A stretch of DNA of 41,662 nucleotides, taken from the NCBI GenBank assembly GCA_015485525.1, contig WFTM01000246.1, forward strand, positions 1-41,662, in the 5' to 3' direction. The stretch is from Candidatus Zhuqueibacterota bacterium (lineage in GTDB: Bacteria; Zhuqueibacterota; Zhuqueibacteria; Zhuqueibacterales; Geothermadaptataceae). Every line of letters starts with the position of its first letter. The first letter of the stretch is position 1. Below are positions 8,216 to 18,015 of this stretch, piece after piece. The translations under genes and the position numbers were made by a program. The notes beneath the pieces were generated by a model. The model did not search any database. It was not told the DNA's origin and was given only the letters and a program-made list of their open reading frames with translations.

Positions 8216-10408
8216 ATGGCACGCAAAAAAGCCCGGAAAAAGGCGCGTAATTCAAATCGTGGAGATCTGCGCATGCTGCTGGCTGCATCCATGTTGATGC
8301 TGTTCGCAGCGGTGATCGTTCTGCGACTTCTCTACATTCAACTTTGGGAGAGAAGCAGGTACAAACAGATGGCTGACAGACAATACATCATCAAACTGCC
8401 CCTCGACGCACAGCGCGGCCTGATCTATGATCGCAATATGAACCTGCTGGCGTTGAATGAAGCCTGTATTTCCATCGGGCTGGACAAGAGCCAGATGGAA
8501 GGGACGGCAACACGGTATGCCCGTGAGCTCGCGCGCGTTCTGCCTGTGTCCGAAGCGCGTCTGCGCCGCCGCATCACCTCGGTGCGCAGCCATTTTCTCT
8601 GGTTGGTACGCCGCATCGATTCGGATTATGGTATCAAGATCGCGTCATTGCAGCTGCCGGGTATCCGGGTGGAAAAAGACACGCGCCGTAAATATCCACA
8701 CCAGGACATCGGCAGCCACATCCTCGGATTTACCAATGCAGATAACGTCGGCATAGAAGGGGTGGAGCTGAGCTATAACTCTACTCTTGCCGGCCGTCCC
8801 GGCTGGAAGATCATCCAGCGCGATGGCCGCGGCCGCGCCAAACCTGAATTCGTCATCGACGAGCAGGAGCCACGGCAGGGTACGGATGTCGTGCTTACGA
8901 TAGACTATATTTTGCAGACCATCGCCACCGAGGAGCTGCGTACCGCAGCACGGCAGTATAATGCGCGCAGCGGCAGTATCATCATCGCCGATCCGCGTAC
9001 CGGCGATATCCTGGCGATGGCCAATACGCCGGGGTATGATCCGAACGCGATTTCCGACTCACCGGTTACTGCGCGAAAAAATCGCGCCATCACCGATGTG
9101 TTCGAGCCGGGATCGACGTTTAAAATCGCAACCTTTGCCGCGCTGCTGGAAGAAAAACACGTACGCGAAGATACCCTGCTGAACTGTGAAAATGGCCGTT
9201 ACGTTGACAACGGCCGCACGATTCGCGATACCTCGCCGCATAAAATTCTCTCTGCAGCCGACGTCATGCGTTACTCGTCCAATATCGGCACCGTCAAGCT
9301 GGCGAAAATGCTCAGCAAGGATGAGATGTATGATATGGTACGCAAGTTCGGTTTCGGCAGCCGGACACGCATTGGACTCGAAGGCGAGACCCCGGGCATC
9401 GTGCACCAGCCGCGCGCATGGTCGTCGTACACGCGATCTTCCCTGGCTATCGGGCAGGAAATTTCCGTCAGTCTGCTGCAGCTCACCATGGCCTATGCAG
9501 CAATCGCAAATGGCGGTAAGCTGCTTAAGCCCAATATCGTGCGCGGTACCGTGAACCAAAACGGTCAGCTGGAAGAATGGCCGAATGCAAAGGTCGTTCG
9601 CCGGGTGATCAGCGAGAGCACGGCCGCTCGCCTGACCAGCCTGCTGCGACGCGTCGTCGATAGCGGCACAGGCAAGGCCGCACGCATCCCGGGTATTTCC
9701 ATAGCCGGCAAAACCGGCACAGCGCAGAAACCGCGGGAAGATGGCAAGGGCTATTCAGACAGCGAATTTGTCGCTTCGTTTGTCGGTTTTTTTCCGGCTG
9801 AAAACCCGCGCTATCTGATCAGCATCATGCTCGATACCGATCGCCAGCACCAGTGGGGCGGAGCCAGCGCAGCGCCAACTTTTAAACGCATTGCCCAGCG
9901 CATTCTCATCGCGGACCGCAAACAGGAAAACTATACCGGGCTGTCACGCAAGCAGGCTGATGAAGCCGGAAAAATCGAGCACTCTGTCACAGTTGTCGAT
10001 CGCATCGTGTTGCCGGATATGTCCAGCCGCCGTTTTGAAACAGCCCGTGCCGCGTTGCTGGATATGGGCCTGAAAGTCTCTGCAGACGGCGAGGGCGAGT
10101 TCATCCTCACCCAGAGCCCGGAGCCGGGAACGATCCTCACACGGGGCGATGAAGTGCACTTGCAGCTTTTTTCCGTCGTCGAAAGCGATGGCTATATCGA
10201 AATGCCTTCAGTGGTCGGTCTGTCGCTGCGCGAAGCGCTGAACCGGCTTGCGATCGAAAATATCGAACCCGTGGTTTACGGCAGTGGCCGGGTGAAGAGC
10301 CAGAAACCGCGTGCCGGTACCCGCGTGCGCGCCGGCATCCGCAGTATCATCGAATGCGATCCGCCGGCGTTCAAAGTCTCATCCGTGCTGAGGGCCGGCA
10401 TGAAATGA
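8216..10408 (+). CDS. ftsI: Class B penicillin-binding protein FtsI (PBP3-type transpeptidase) with two C-terminal PASTA-like domains
   Basis: 730 aa. N-terminal TM anchor. Transpeptidase motifs STFK, SSN and KTGT. C-terminal repeats VLPDMSSRRFETARAALLDMGLKV...TQSPEPGT and MPSVVGLSLREALNRLAIENIEP...SQKPRAGT. Confidence 0.9.
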   Translation: MARKKARKKARNSNRGDLRMLLAASMLMLFAAVIVLRLLYIQLWERSRYKQMADRQYIIKLPLDAQRGLIYDRNMNLLALNEACISIGLDKSQMEGTATRYARELARVLPVSEARLRRRITSVRSHFLWLVRRIDSDYGIKIASLQLPGIRVEKDTRRKYPHQDIGSHILGFTNADNVGIEGVELSYNSTLAGRPGWKIIQRDGRGRAKPEFVIDEQEPRQGTDVVLTIDYILQTIATEELRTAARQYNARSGSIIIADPRTGDILAMANTPGYDPNAISDSPVTARKNRAITDVFEPGSTFKIATFAALLEEKHVREDTLLNCENGRYVDNGRTIRDTSPHKILSAADVMRYSSNIGTVKLAKMLSKDEMYDMVRKFGFGSRTRIGLEGETPGIVHQPRAWSSYTRSSLAIGQEISVSLLQLTMAYAAIANGGKLLKPNIVRGTVNQNGQLEEWPNAKVVRRVISESTAARLTSLLRRVVDSGTGKAARIPGISIAGKTGTAQKPREDGKGYSDSEFVASFVGFFPAENPRYLISIMLDTDRQHQWGGASAAPTFKRIAQRILIADRKQENYTGLSRKQADEAGKIEHSVTVVDRIVLPDMSSRRFETARAALLDMGLKVSADGEGEFILTQSPEPGTILTRGDEVHLQLFSVVESDGYIEMPSVVGLSLREALNRLAIENIEPVVYGSGRVKSQKPRAGTRVRAGIRSIIECDPPAFKVSSVLRAGMK

Positions 10409-11805
10409 AAACTATGGGCTGGACAATTTCGCAGGCTCTAGAAGCCTGGGATGGAGCTGCAGATGCGGTATCCTGCGACAAGGTGCTGCAGAACGAGCTT
10501 GCAGCCGTGGTCATCGATTCGCGCAAGGTTGTGCCGGGCGCTGTGTTCTGTGCCATCCGCGGCGAGCGCTTTGATGCCCATGATTTTATCGAAGAGGTTT
10601 TCAAGGCCGGGGCCCTTGCCTGCATCGTTGATAGAAAATGGTGGCAGCAGGCCGGCGATCAGCACCCCGGCCGCGCCTTTCTGGTCGTCGAAGAGACGCT
10701 GGCGGCTCTGCAGAGTCTGGCAACCGCATACCGCAGATTTCTCGCTCCGCATGTTCTGGCGATCACCGGCACGAACGGCAAAACTTCTACCAAAGAGCTG
10801 GTGGCCAATGTGCTCGAAACCGAGCGGGCTGTTTTTAGGACTGCCGGCAATTTGAATAACCACATCGGCGTGCCGCTGTCGCTTCTGGCCATGCGCCGGC
10901 CGGTCGCTGTCGCTGTTATCGAGATGGGTATGAACCACAGCGGAGAAATCGCCCGCTTATGCGAGATCGCCGAGCCGGAGTCCGGTCTGATCACCAATAT
11001 CGGCCATGGCCACACCGAGTTTCTCGGCGGTGTCGAAGGGGTGCGCCGGGCGAAGCAGGAACTTTTTGACTGGCTGGCGGCACGCGATGGCCTCGCTTTT
11101 GTGAACGCAGACGATGCCATGGTCGTGCGCGCAGCAGCCGATTCCGGGGTGAAAAAACAGCTCACTTACGGTTTTTATAAACGGGCACAGGTGAGTGCTG
11201 AGGGTGTGCATGTGCAGGAAAACGGATGCGCCGCTTTTCGTTGGCAGGGACATAAAATCCAGCTCGGTGTTCCCGGCTTGCACAACGCTGCTAATGCCCT
11301 TGCTGCGGTTGCCGTGGGCAGGGCTTTTGATATCACGGCAGAGCACATCGTTTCGGCTTTGGCCGGGCCGCTGCAGATCGGTGGCCGTATGCGCCGGCTG
11401 GAGAGCGCGGGGCGTATCATTTTCGATGATACCTACAACGCCAATCCGGAGTCGATGCGTGCGGGTATCGAGCACATCGCCACACTACGCGCTTCCGGGC
11501 GGCGCGTGGCCGTGTTGGCGGATATGCTGGAGCTTGGCGAGCTGTCCGAACAGGCTCATAAGGAGGTGCTGGACTTTGCCCTCAATACCGGCCTGGATGC
11601 GGTTCTGCTGTACGGCCCGCAGATGCAGCATGCTGCTACAGCGATCGGCAGCGAAAAACTGCGCTGGTTTGCGGAAAAAAACGAGCTCGCGCATGCCCTG
11701 AAAGAGATCACCGCTGCCGGAGACATCATCCTGATCAAAGGATCGCGTGGCATGCGGATGGAGGAGGTCATCGATCTGCTGCGCAGTTCAAAAAACGGCA
11801 GTTGA
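10405..11805 (+). CDS. murF: UDP-N-acetylmuramoyl-tripeptide--D-alanyl-D-alanine ligase MurF
   Basis: Motifs DSRKVVPGAVFCAIRGERFDAHDF, ITGTNGKTSTKEL and DDTYNANPESM. The preferred start is the ATG at 10405, which overlaps the ftsI stop (ATGA). The ORF track's 10354 start would overlap ftsI by 55 nt. Confidence 0.88.
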   Translation: MKTMGWTISQALEAWDGAADAVSCDKVLQNELAAVVIDSRKVVPGAVFCAIRGERFDAHDFIEEVFKAGALACIVDRKWWQQAGDQHPGRAFLVVEETLAALQSLATAYRRFLAPHVLAITGTNGKTSTKELVANVLETERAVFRTAGNLNNHIGVPLSLLAMRRPVAVAVIEMGMNHSGEIARLCEIAEPESGLITNIGHGHTEFLGGVEGVRRAKQELFDWLAARDGLAFVNADDAMVVRAAADSGVKKQLTYGFYKRAQVSAEGVHVQENGCAAFRWQGHKIQLGVPGLHNAANALAAVAVGRAFDITAEHIVSALAGPLQIGGRMRRLESAGRIIFDDTYNANPESMRAGIEHIATLRASGRRVAVLADMLELGELSEQAHKEVLDFALNTGLDAVLLYGPQMQHAATAIGSEKLRWFAEKNELAHALKEITAAGDIILIKGSRGMRMEEVIDLLRSSKNGS

Positions 11806-11825
11806 CGAAAAAGAAAGAGCGTGCC

Positions 11826-12911
11826 ATGTTCTATTATATTTTTTATCCCCTGAGCTCCTATGTCTCGGGTTTCAATCTCTTTCAGTACATCTCTTTTCGT
11901 GCTGCATCAGCGGCGATCACCGCGCTTCTGATCAGTTTTATTTTCGGGCCGGTTGTGATCAGGCTGTTGCAGAGAAAACAGATCGGCGAGGAGATTCGTG
12001 CCGAAGGTCCGGAATCGCACCAGGCCAAAGCCGGCACGCCGACCATGGGCGGGATCATCATTCTCATCTCCGTACTGCTGCCCACACTCCTGTGGGCCAA
12101 GGTGATGAATATTTACGTTCTCATGGTCTTGCTGGCCACAGTCTGGATGGGGCTTGTCGGCTTCCTCGATGATTACCTCAAGGTCATCAAAAAGATGCCC
12201 AAGGGGCTGATCGGCAGGTACAAAATCGCCGGACAGGTTTCCCTTGGTATCATCATCGGGTTTGTCGTGCTCATGTCCTCCGAGTTTGATGGTGTGGCAA
12301 CGCACACACAGGTGCCGTTTTTCAAGAATTTTGAGATCGATTTTGGCTGGCTGTACATCCCGATCGTTATTTTCGTGCTCACAGCCACCAGCAACAGCGT
12401 CAACCTCACCGATGGCCTCGACGGCCTGGCTATCGGACTGGTCGGAATTTCTGCCGCCGCCTGGGCGGTGATCGCGTATGTCACCGGCCGTGCAGACTTC
12501 AGTGATTATCTCAATATCCTCTATCTGCCGGGAGCGGGCGAGCTGACGATTTACTGCGCGGCACTCGTCGGCGCTTCTCTGGGATTTCTGTGGTTTAATG
12601 CTTACCCGGCGCAGATTTTCATGGGTGATACCGGAGCACTGGCTCTGGGCGGTGCCCTGGGCACCATCGCCATTTTGCTGAAAAAAGAGCTTTTCCTGCT
12701 CATCACCGGTGCGGTCTTCGTCGCGGAAACGCTGTCGGTGATCATCCAGGTCTGGAGCTACAAACATCGCGGCAAGCGTGTTTTTCGCATGGCGCCGCTG
12801 CACCATCATTACGAGCTGTCGGGCTGGCCTGAAACCAAAGTGGTGACCCGGTTCTGGATCATCGGTATTCTTTTCGCCCTGCTGACTCTGACGACGTTCA
12901 AAATTCGCTGA
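11826..12911 (+). CDS. mraY: Phospho-N-acetylmuramoyl-pentapeptide transferase MraY
   Basis: Polytopic membrane protein with K.GTPTMGG, NLTDGLDGLA and MGDTGALALGG motifs. Start placed at ATG 11826 (MFYYIFYPL). The ORF track's TTG at 11802 overlaps the murF stop. Confidence 0.93.
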   Translation: MFYYIFYPLSSYVSGFNLFQYISFRAASAAITALLISFIFGPVVIRLLQRKQIGEEIRAEGPESHQAKAGTPTMGGIIILISVLLPTLLWAKVMNIYVLMVLLATVWMGLVGFLDDYLKVIKKMPKGLIGRYKIAGQVSLGIIIGFVVLMSSEFDGVATHTQVPFFKNFEIDFGWLYIPIVIFVLTATSNSVNLTDGLDGLAIGLVGISAAAWAVIAYVTGRADFSDYLNILYLPGAGELTIYCAALVGASLGFLWFNAYPAQIFMGDTGALALGGALGTIAILLKKELFLLITGAVFVAETLSVIIQVWSYKHRGKRVFRMAPLHHHYELSGWPETKVVTRFWIIGILFALLTLTTFKIR

Positions 12912-12912
12912 C

Positions 12913-14079
12913 ATGAGAAAAAAAATCTACAATATCGATTACGCTCTGCTCATGGCGGTTTTTGCTCTGCTGGCCCTCAGTCTGGCGTTTATCTACACAG
13001 CCAGCTCGACCAAGGCTCTGGAGCAATACGGCGATGATGCTTTTTTTCTCAAGCGGCAAATGCTGCGCATTCTGCTCGGTGCGATGATTCTCTACCTGAC
13101 CATGCGCCTGGATTATCGCAAGCTGCTCCAGTTCGGCCCTGTGATGTTCTGGGCAGCGCTGACGTTGCTGTTTCTGCTGCAGCTCGGCCCGGACTCATGG
13201 GCGATTCGCGGAACACGGCGCTGGATTTCTATCGGCGGTTTCGTTTTTCAGCCTTCAGAACTGGCCAAGTTCGGCCTGATCCTCATGCTGGCCCGGCTGC
13301 TGACTATGAAGGACGCGGATTTGCGCTCCTTTACCGATGGCCTGCTGCCCAATCTGGTGTTGATCGGCCTGGCCTGCTTCGCGATCATAGTCGGACCGGA
13401 TACCGGTACCAGCACCATGGTTTTTGCCATCGCCATGGCTATGATGTTTATCGCCGGGGCGCGGCTGCTGCATCTCATCGCCATCTCTGCTGCCGGTCTG
13501 ACGGTTGTGGCTGCTGCTATGATGATTTTCCCCTACCAGCGCCGGCGGTTGATGAATTTCATCGAATCGTTTCAGGACGGCAGTCACATCGGCTGGCAGG
13601 TGAAGCAGTCCCTCATCAGCCTCGGAAATGGCGGCTTTGCCGGCATCGGCCTGGGTGAAAGTAAGCAAAAACTGCACTGGTTGCCGGACCCGTTTACAGA
13701 CTTCATTTTTTCAATCGTCGGTGAAGAGCTGGGCCTGATCGGCACTCTGAGCGTGGTGGCGCTTTTTCTGGTCATCCTGTTCCGCGGCTTTCGCATTGCG
13801 CTGGCGTCCCAGGAAGCCGATGCCCGGCTGCTGGCGTCTGGCATGACGGTTTCGATCGTCCTGTACGCGTTCATGAACATCGCCGTCATCACCCATCTGA
13901 TGCCGACAACAGGTATTCCCATGCCGTTCGTCAGCTACGGCGGGTCATCGCTGTTGATGAATATGTTTGCAGTCGGCGTTCTTTTGAATATCCACCAGCA
14001 GAACACGCTCAACCGCAGCCGCGTACGGCGAAAAGTGACCATGCGCAATCGTTCGAAAACTTATGCGTTCGGGTTGTAA
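12913..14079 (+). CDS. ftsW: SEDS-family peptidoglycan glycosyltransferase FtsW
   Basis: 388 aa, about 10 TM segments. FtsW/RodA/SpoVE signatures (QPSELAKF, PDPFTDFIFSIVGEELG, PFVSYGGSS). Position between mraY and murG. Confidence 0.88.
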   Translation: MRKKIYNIDYALLMAVFALLALSLAFIYTASSTKALEQYGDDAFFLKRQMLRILLGAMILYLTMRLDYRKLLQFGPVMFWAALTLLFLLQLGPDSWAIRGTRRWISIGGFVFQPSELAKFGLILMLARLLTMKDADLRSFTDGLLPNLVLIGLACFAIIVGPDTGTSTMVFAIAMAMMFIAGARLLHLIAISAAGLTVVAAAMMIFPYQRRRLMNFIESFQDGSHIGWQVKQSLISLGNGGFAGIGLGESKQKLHWLPDPFTDFIFSIVGEELGLIGTLSVVALFLVILFRGFRIALASQEADARLLASGMTVSIVLYAFMNIAVITHLMPTTGIPMPFVSYGGSSLLMNMFAVGVLLNIHQQNTLNRSRVRRKVTMRNRSKTYAFGL

Positions 14080-14081
14080 CT

Positions 14082-15191
14082 ATGCGAGTCGTCATTGCCG
14101 GAGGAGGGACGGGCGGCCATCTTTATCCCGGCCTTGCCCTGGCCCAGGCAGTCCTCCGTCGCCATCCGGAAGCAGATATTCTGTTTATCGGGACTGAACG
14201 CGGGCTGGAGAGCCGGGTCGTGCCTGCGCATGGATTTGCCCTGTACACTCTCAGTATTCGCGGCCTGCAGCGCAGTCTGAGCATGCAAAATCTGCTGTTC
14301 CCGTTCCGGCTTGCGGCCAGTCTTATCAGAAGCGTCCTGAAACTGTCTGCCTTTAAACCGGATCTCGTGATCGGCACAGGCGGATATGTCGCCGGGCCAC
14401 CGCTTTTTGCCGCAAAACTGTTGCGCATTCCGGCGGTGATTCAGGAGCAGAACAGCTATCCCGGTCTTGTCAACCGTCTTCTCGGCAAGCGGGTTGACGC
14501 GGTCTTTCTCACTTTTGCGGCTGCCCGGCCTTTTTTTACCGGGCAAAAAAATATTTTCATCACCGGCAACCCCGTGCTCATGGGCCGCGCGCAGAAAAGC
14601 CGGGAGCAGAGTTGTCAAGAGCTGGGGTTTGATCCGGCACGAAAGACACTGCTGGTCTTTGGCGGCAGCCAGGGTGCAAAGCGCATCAATGAGATTGTTG
14701 CCGGTGCACTCGCACAGATTTTTCAGCTCGATGAGGTGCAAATCATCTGGATTGTCGGGCCGGCATGGCAGAAAACGTGGCAGCACCTCGAAGCAGAGCA
14801 TGGCGGCCGTCTGCGCGTTCTCGGTTATGTCGATGATATGGCCTCGGTGTACACTATGACGGATCTTGCGGTGTGTCGCGCCGGTGCCATGACCATTTCT
14901 GAACTCACATTGTTCGGAATACCGGCAATTTACATTCCCCTGCCGGGCGCGACAGCGGATCATCAAACCGCCAATGCACGGGCGGTTGTTGCGGCCGGCG
15001 GCGGCCTGATGGCAGCTCAGAGCGAGTTGAGTGCAGAGAAGCTTGCTGCGATGGTGACGGCTGTTTTGACTGATGAAGAGAAACTGCAGGCGCTGGCACA
15101 GGGGGCGCAGGAAATGGCGCGTCCAAATGCTGCGGAAGAGATTATCAGCCGTTGTGAAGAGCTCATGCCCAAGCACCGAGTTCAGAAATAA
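14082..15191 (+). CDS. murG: UDP-GlcNAc:lipid I N-acetylglucosaminyltransferase MurG
   Basis: 369 aa. N-terminal GGGTGGHLYPGLALA, GGYVAGP, C-terminal RAGAMTISE...DHQTANA. Confidence 0.92.
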   Translation: MRVVIAGGGTGGHLYPGLALAQAVLRRHPEADILFIGTERGLESRVVPAHGFALYTLSIRGLQRSLSMQNLLFPFRLAASLIRSVLKLSAFKPDLVIGTGGYVAGPPLFAAKLLRIPAVIQEQNSYPGLVNRLLGKRVDAVFLTFAAARPFFTGQKNIFITGNPVLMGRAQKSREQSCQELGFDPARKTLLVFGGSQGAKRINEIVAGALAQIFQLDEVQIIWIVGPAWQKTWQHLEAEHGGRLRVLGYVDDMASVYTMTDLAVCRAGAMTISELTLFGIPAIYIPLPGATADHQTANARAVVAAGGGLMAAQSELSAEKLAAMVTAVLTDEEKLQALAQGAQEMARPNAAEEIISRCEELMPKHRVQK

Positions 15192-15411
15192 AATTTGCAG
15201 AAAGCAGCCAGCCTGGTTTGATAGGGCATAATTAGAGCGCTGCTGTACCACGGAGTTGAATTTTAGAGATGATCGCGGGTGCCTGCAATGCGCAGCAGTG
15301 TTGCGGTAAGAAGTTACGTTTTGCGGGTTCAGCCCGGATGTTGTTGCGTGTACCGCATCAGCGAAGTTGAGTACAGATCAGTCAATTTTTCAAGCAGAGA
15401 GGTCTGAGGAG

Positions 15412-16143
15412 ATGTCCACCGGGAAATATGTTTTTATCCTGACCAGCGCGATCTTAATTCTGCTGCATGTCAGCGTGTGGATTCAGGACAACCATGCTTT
15501 TTCCGTTCGTGAGATCCGCATTGCCGGCGCCTCCCTTGTGACGGATGAGGAAATACTCGCAGCAGCGAAAATCGACATCAGTTCACCGATCATGGACGCC
15601 AACGTTGAAAACATCCGCAAGCGTTTGTTACGTGGCTTGCCACAGGCTAAGGATGTGCGCGTGGCGCGCATTTTTCCCAGCACCATCCGCATCGAGCTGA
15701 AAGAGCGTGACCCGATCGCCATAATCCTCGATAATGGCATCTGGGGCGTCGATGCCGAAGGTGTGTTGCTGCCTCGTTTCAGCGCCCGGCACGGGTTGGA
15801 CTATCCGGTGATCACCAATATTCGCCTGCAAAAATATGTCCCCGGCGAGAAGGTCGATAACGCAGGCTTGACGTCTCTGGTTCGTTTTTTAGGCGAGCTG
15901 CGTACGGTGAATCCTGCTCTCTATGCCGGTATCTCTGAGGTCACGATCGACGATATGGTCGGTGTCCGCCTGGTCATGCTCGATGACAACGTACCGGTTC
16001 TGATGGGCCATGACCGCCTGCTGAAGAAGTGCAAAGATCTGGAAATCGCCTGGAATTTTCTGCTGAACTCAAGGAAAACGGCTTCTATAAAATATCTCGA
16101 TCTGCGCTACCGGGATCAGATCATTTTGAAGAAGAAGGCATGA
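15412..16143 (+). CDS. ftsQ: Cell division protein FtsQ (POTRA domain)
   Basis: TM anchor YVFILTSAILILLHVSVWI followed by a POTRA-like region (FSVREIRIAGASLVTDEEI). Position upstream of ftsA. ATG 15412 is preceded by GAGGAG; the ORF track start is 15367. Confidence 0.75.
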   Translation: MSTGKYVFILTSAILILLHVSVWIQDNHAFSVREIRIAGASLVTDEEILAAAKIDISSPIMDANVENIRKRLLRGLPQAKDVRVARIFPSTIRIELKERDPIAIILDNGIWGVDAEGVLLPRFSARHGLDYPVITNIRLQKYVPGEKVDNAGLTSLVRFLGELRTVNPALYAGISEVTIDDMVGVRLVMLDDNVPVLMGHDRLLKKCKDLEIAWNFLLNSRKTASIKYLDLRYRDQIILKKKA

Positions 16144-16245
16144 CCTGAACAGTTTGTGAGGTGATCCGGATTCCCTTGTACAAAGGGCATGTTCATGAAC
16201 AAAACGGGATAAAAAAATAAGCCAAATTCCGCCGGTACATTTTCC

Positions 16246-16463
16246 GGCGCCCGGTCTGGTTATCCACTTAACTCAGCACATCACGTGCCTGCTCCAGAAC
16301 TGTCATTCCGGTTTCCCCGCAGGGGAAGACCGGAATCTCCCAGACTCAAGCACGTGATCAAAAAGATGAGATTCCGGCACTGCGCTTCGCTTGGCCGGAA
16401 TGACACATGCCGGTCACTGAGCCGGGCCCGGTTTGCTGAGTTAACTGGATACCCGGAGGCGCC
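16246..16463 (+). repeat. Copy 2 (most complete) of the MITE-like repeat: ~20-30-bp terminal inverted repeats flanking two ATTCCGG-armed hairpins
   Basis: TIR-L GGTTATCCACTTAACTCAGCA (16258-16278) versus TIR-R TGCTGAGTTAACTGGATACC (16434-16453). Complementarity extends outward to GGCGCC on both sides. Hairpin 1 is 16305-16336, hairpin 2 is 16371-16401. CACGTG boxes at 16282 and 16361. Confidence 0.85.
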
Positions 16464-16597
16464 CGGCGGTAAAGCATACATTTTCTTTGCTCCACGCAGT
16501 GGTGGAGCTTTTGGTCAGCAAAAACAGTAATACGATAATTCATCCCGCAGCAACCAGTGCGGGACCAACACTCAGTCAGCGATCAGGAGGTGGGGGC

Positions 16598-17836
16598 ATG
16601 ACAAATGATTATATTTGTGCCCTGGACATCGGTACCACTAAGATCTGCGCATTGATTGCGGAGCTCGACGAAAACGATGAGATCAAGATCGTCGGCCTGG
16701 GGACAGCACCTTCGGAAGGGCTGCGCCGCGGTGTCGTCATCAACCTTGAAAAAACAATTCAAGCGATCGTCAGTGCCAAGGAAAAGGCCGAGAACATGGC
16801 GGGAGTGGAAATTGAGGCAGTTTATGCCGGCATCGCCGGAGACCACATTCGCAGCGTCAACGGCCGCGGCGTGGTTGCGGTCACAGGTGAAAATCATATC
16901 ATCTCACAGGCGGACAAAAACCGGGTTATCGATGCGGCCAAGGCTGTAGTGTTGCCTTTTGACCGCGAGATGATCCACATTTTGCCTCAGGAATTCATCG
17001 TCGATGACCAGCGCGGAATCGATGATCCCATCGGCATGTCTGGTGTGCGGCTCGAAGCAGAAGTGCACATCGTCACCTGTGCCGTGACGGCAGCGCAAAA
17101 CATCTGGCGCAGCATCGAGGGCGCCGGCATGGGAGTGATGGACCTGGTACTGGAGCCACTGGCGAGCAGCTATTCCGTGCTTTCACCGGATGAAAAAGAT
17201 CTCGGAGTCGTGGTCATCGATATGGGAGGCGGTACCACGGATATCGCCATGTTTTACGAGGGCTGCATACGCCACACGGCGATCGTCAGCCTGGGCGGGC
17301 GCAATGTAACCAATGACATCGCCCACGGCTTGCGCACACCGCTGGACAGTGCGGAGAAGATCAAGGTTGAGCACGCTTCGGCAATCCATACCGAGGGTGA
17401 TCGGGAGGAGTTCATCGAAGTCATGGGGGTTGGTAGCCGGGTTTCGCGCAAAGTTCCGCGCAGCACCCTGGTCGATATCGTTCAGCCGCGCCTCGAGGAG
17501 ATGCTCTCTCTGGCCAATAACGAGCTGCGCAAGTCGGATTATATCAACCTGATGACAGCCGGAGCGGTGTTGACAGGTGGCGCAGCGATGATTCCGGGCA
17601 CGGTTGAGCTGGCCGAAGAGATCTTGCAGATGCCGGTGAAACTGGGCTCCCCGAGCGGTCTGAAATCTGTCAGTGATGAAATCAATCAGCCGATCCATGC
17701 TACCGGCGTCGGCCTGATTCTCTATGGTAAGGAAAACAACGCCACGATAGAAGGGCCTTTTGGCATCAGCGAATCCCATGTTTTCGAGAAAATCATCGAG
17801 CGCATGAAACGCTGGTTTGGAGCCGGCGGGGCCTGA
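16598..17836 (+). CDS. ftsA: Cell division protein FtsA (actin-like ATPase)
   Basis: ALDIGTTKICALIAE, DMGGGTTDIA and GGAAMIPG motifs. ATG 16598 is preceded by AGGAGG. The ORF track's 16487 start would extend the protein into the repeat element. Confidence 0.92.
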   Translation: MTNDYICALDIGTTKICALIAELDENDEIKIVGLGTAPSEGLRRGVVINLEKTIQAIVSAKEKAENMAGVEIEAVYAGIAGDHIRSVNGRGVVAVTGENHIISQADKNRVIDAAKAVVLPFDREMIHILPQEFIVDDQRGIDDPIGMSGVRLEAEVHIVTCAVTAAQNIWRSIEGAGMGVMDLVLEPLASSYSVLSPDEKDLGVVVIDMGGGTTDIAMFYEGCIRHTAIVSLGGRNVTNDIAHGLRTPLDSAEKIKVEHASAIHTEGDREEFIEVMGVGSRVSRKVPRSTLVDIVQPRLEEMLSLANNELRKSDYINLMTAGAVLTGGAAMIPGTVELAEEILQMPVKLGSPSGLKSVSDEINQPIHATGVGLILYGKENNATIEGPFGISESHVFEKIIERMKRWFGAGGA

Positions 17837-18015
17837 GAGATTGTTGCTTTACGGTTGAAATAAAAAACACAGCCAACCCGACGTGCACAAAGGAGAAGCA
17901 TGGTCACTCTTCCGGAGTCCGTCAGCATGGGAAAAATCTGGAAACGATGGTGCGCTATCGGCGCACGGCATGGCCGGGTTGAGCAGCCAGCACACATAAA
18001 AGCAAGGAGTCAGCC

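Noticed and set aside
14061-15251. 396-aa minus-strand ORF antisense to murG. Similar cases: 11907..12914 antisense to mraY, 35775..36554 and 36807..37673 antisense to the deacetylase and kinase genes, 10659..11165 antisense to murF
   Set aside because: In each case the + strand ORF has unmistakable family motifs and fits the operon structure. The antisense ORFs are Arg/Ala/His-rich shadow ORFs typical of GC-rich coding DNA.
16285-16530. Small ORFs 7942..8124, 16285..16530 and 41019..41351 sharing the peptide ...GRPESPRL.HV.KKMRFRH...GRND
   Set aside because: The shared peptide is the translation of the repeated DNA element. The ORF boundaries differ in every copy and no SD or start is conserved. 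Conservation is at the nucleotide and hairpin level, so I annotated them as repeat copies rather than genes.
16487-16597. 37-codon N-terminal extension of FtsA in the ORF track
   Set aside because: The extension starts inside or adjacent to the repeat element and has no similarity to FtsA. ATG 16598 has a strong AGGAGG SD and gives the canonical ..ALDIGTTK N-terminus.
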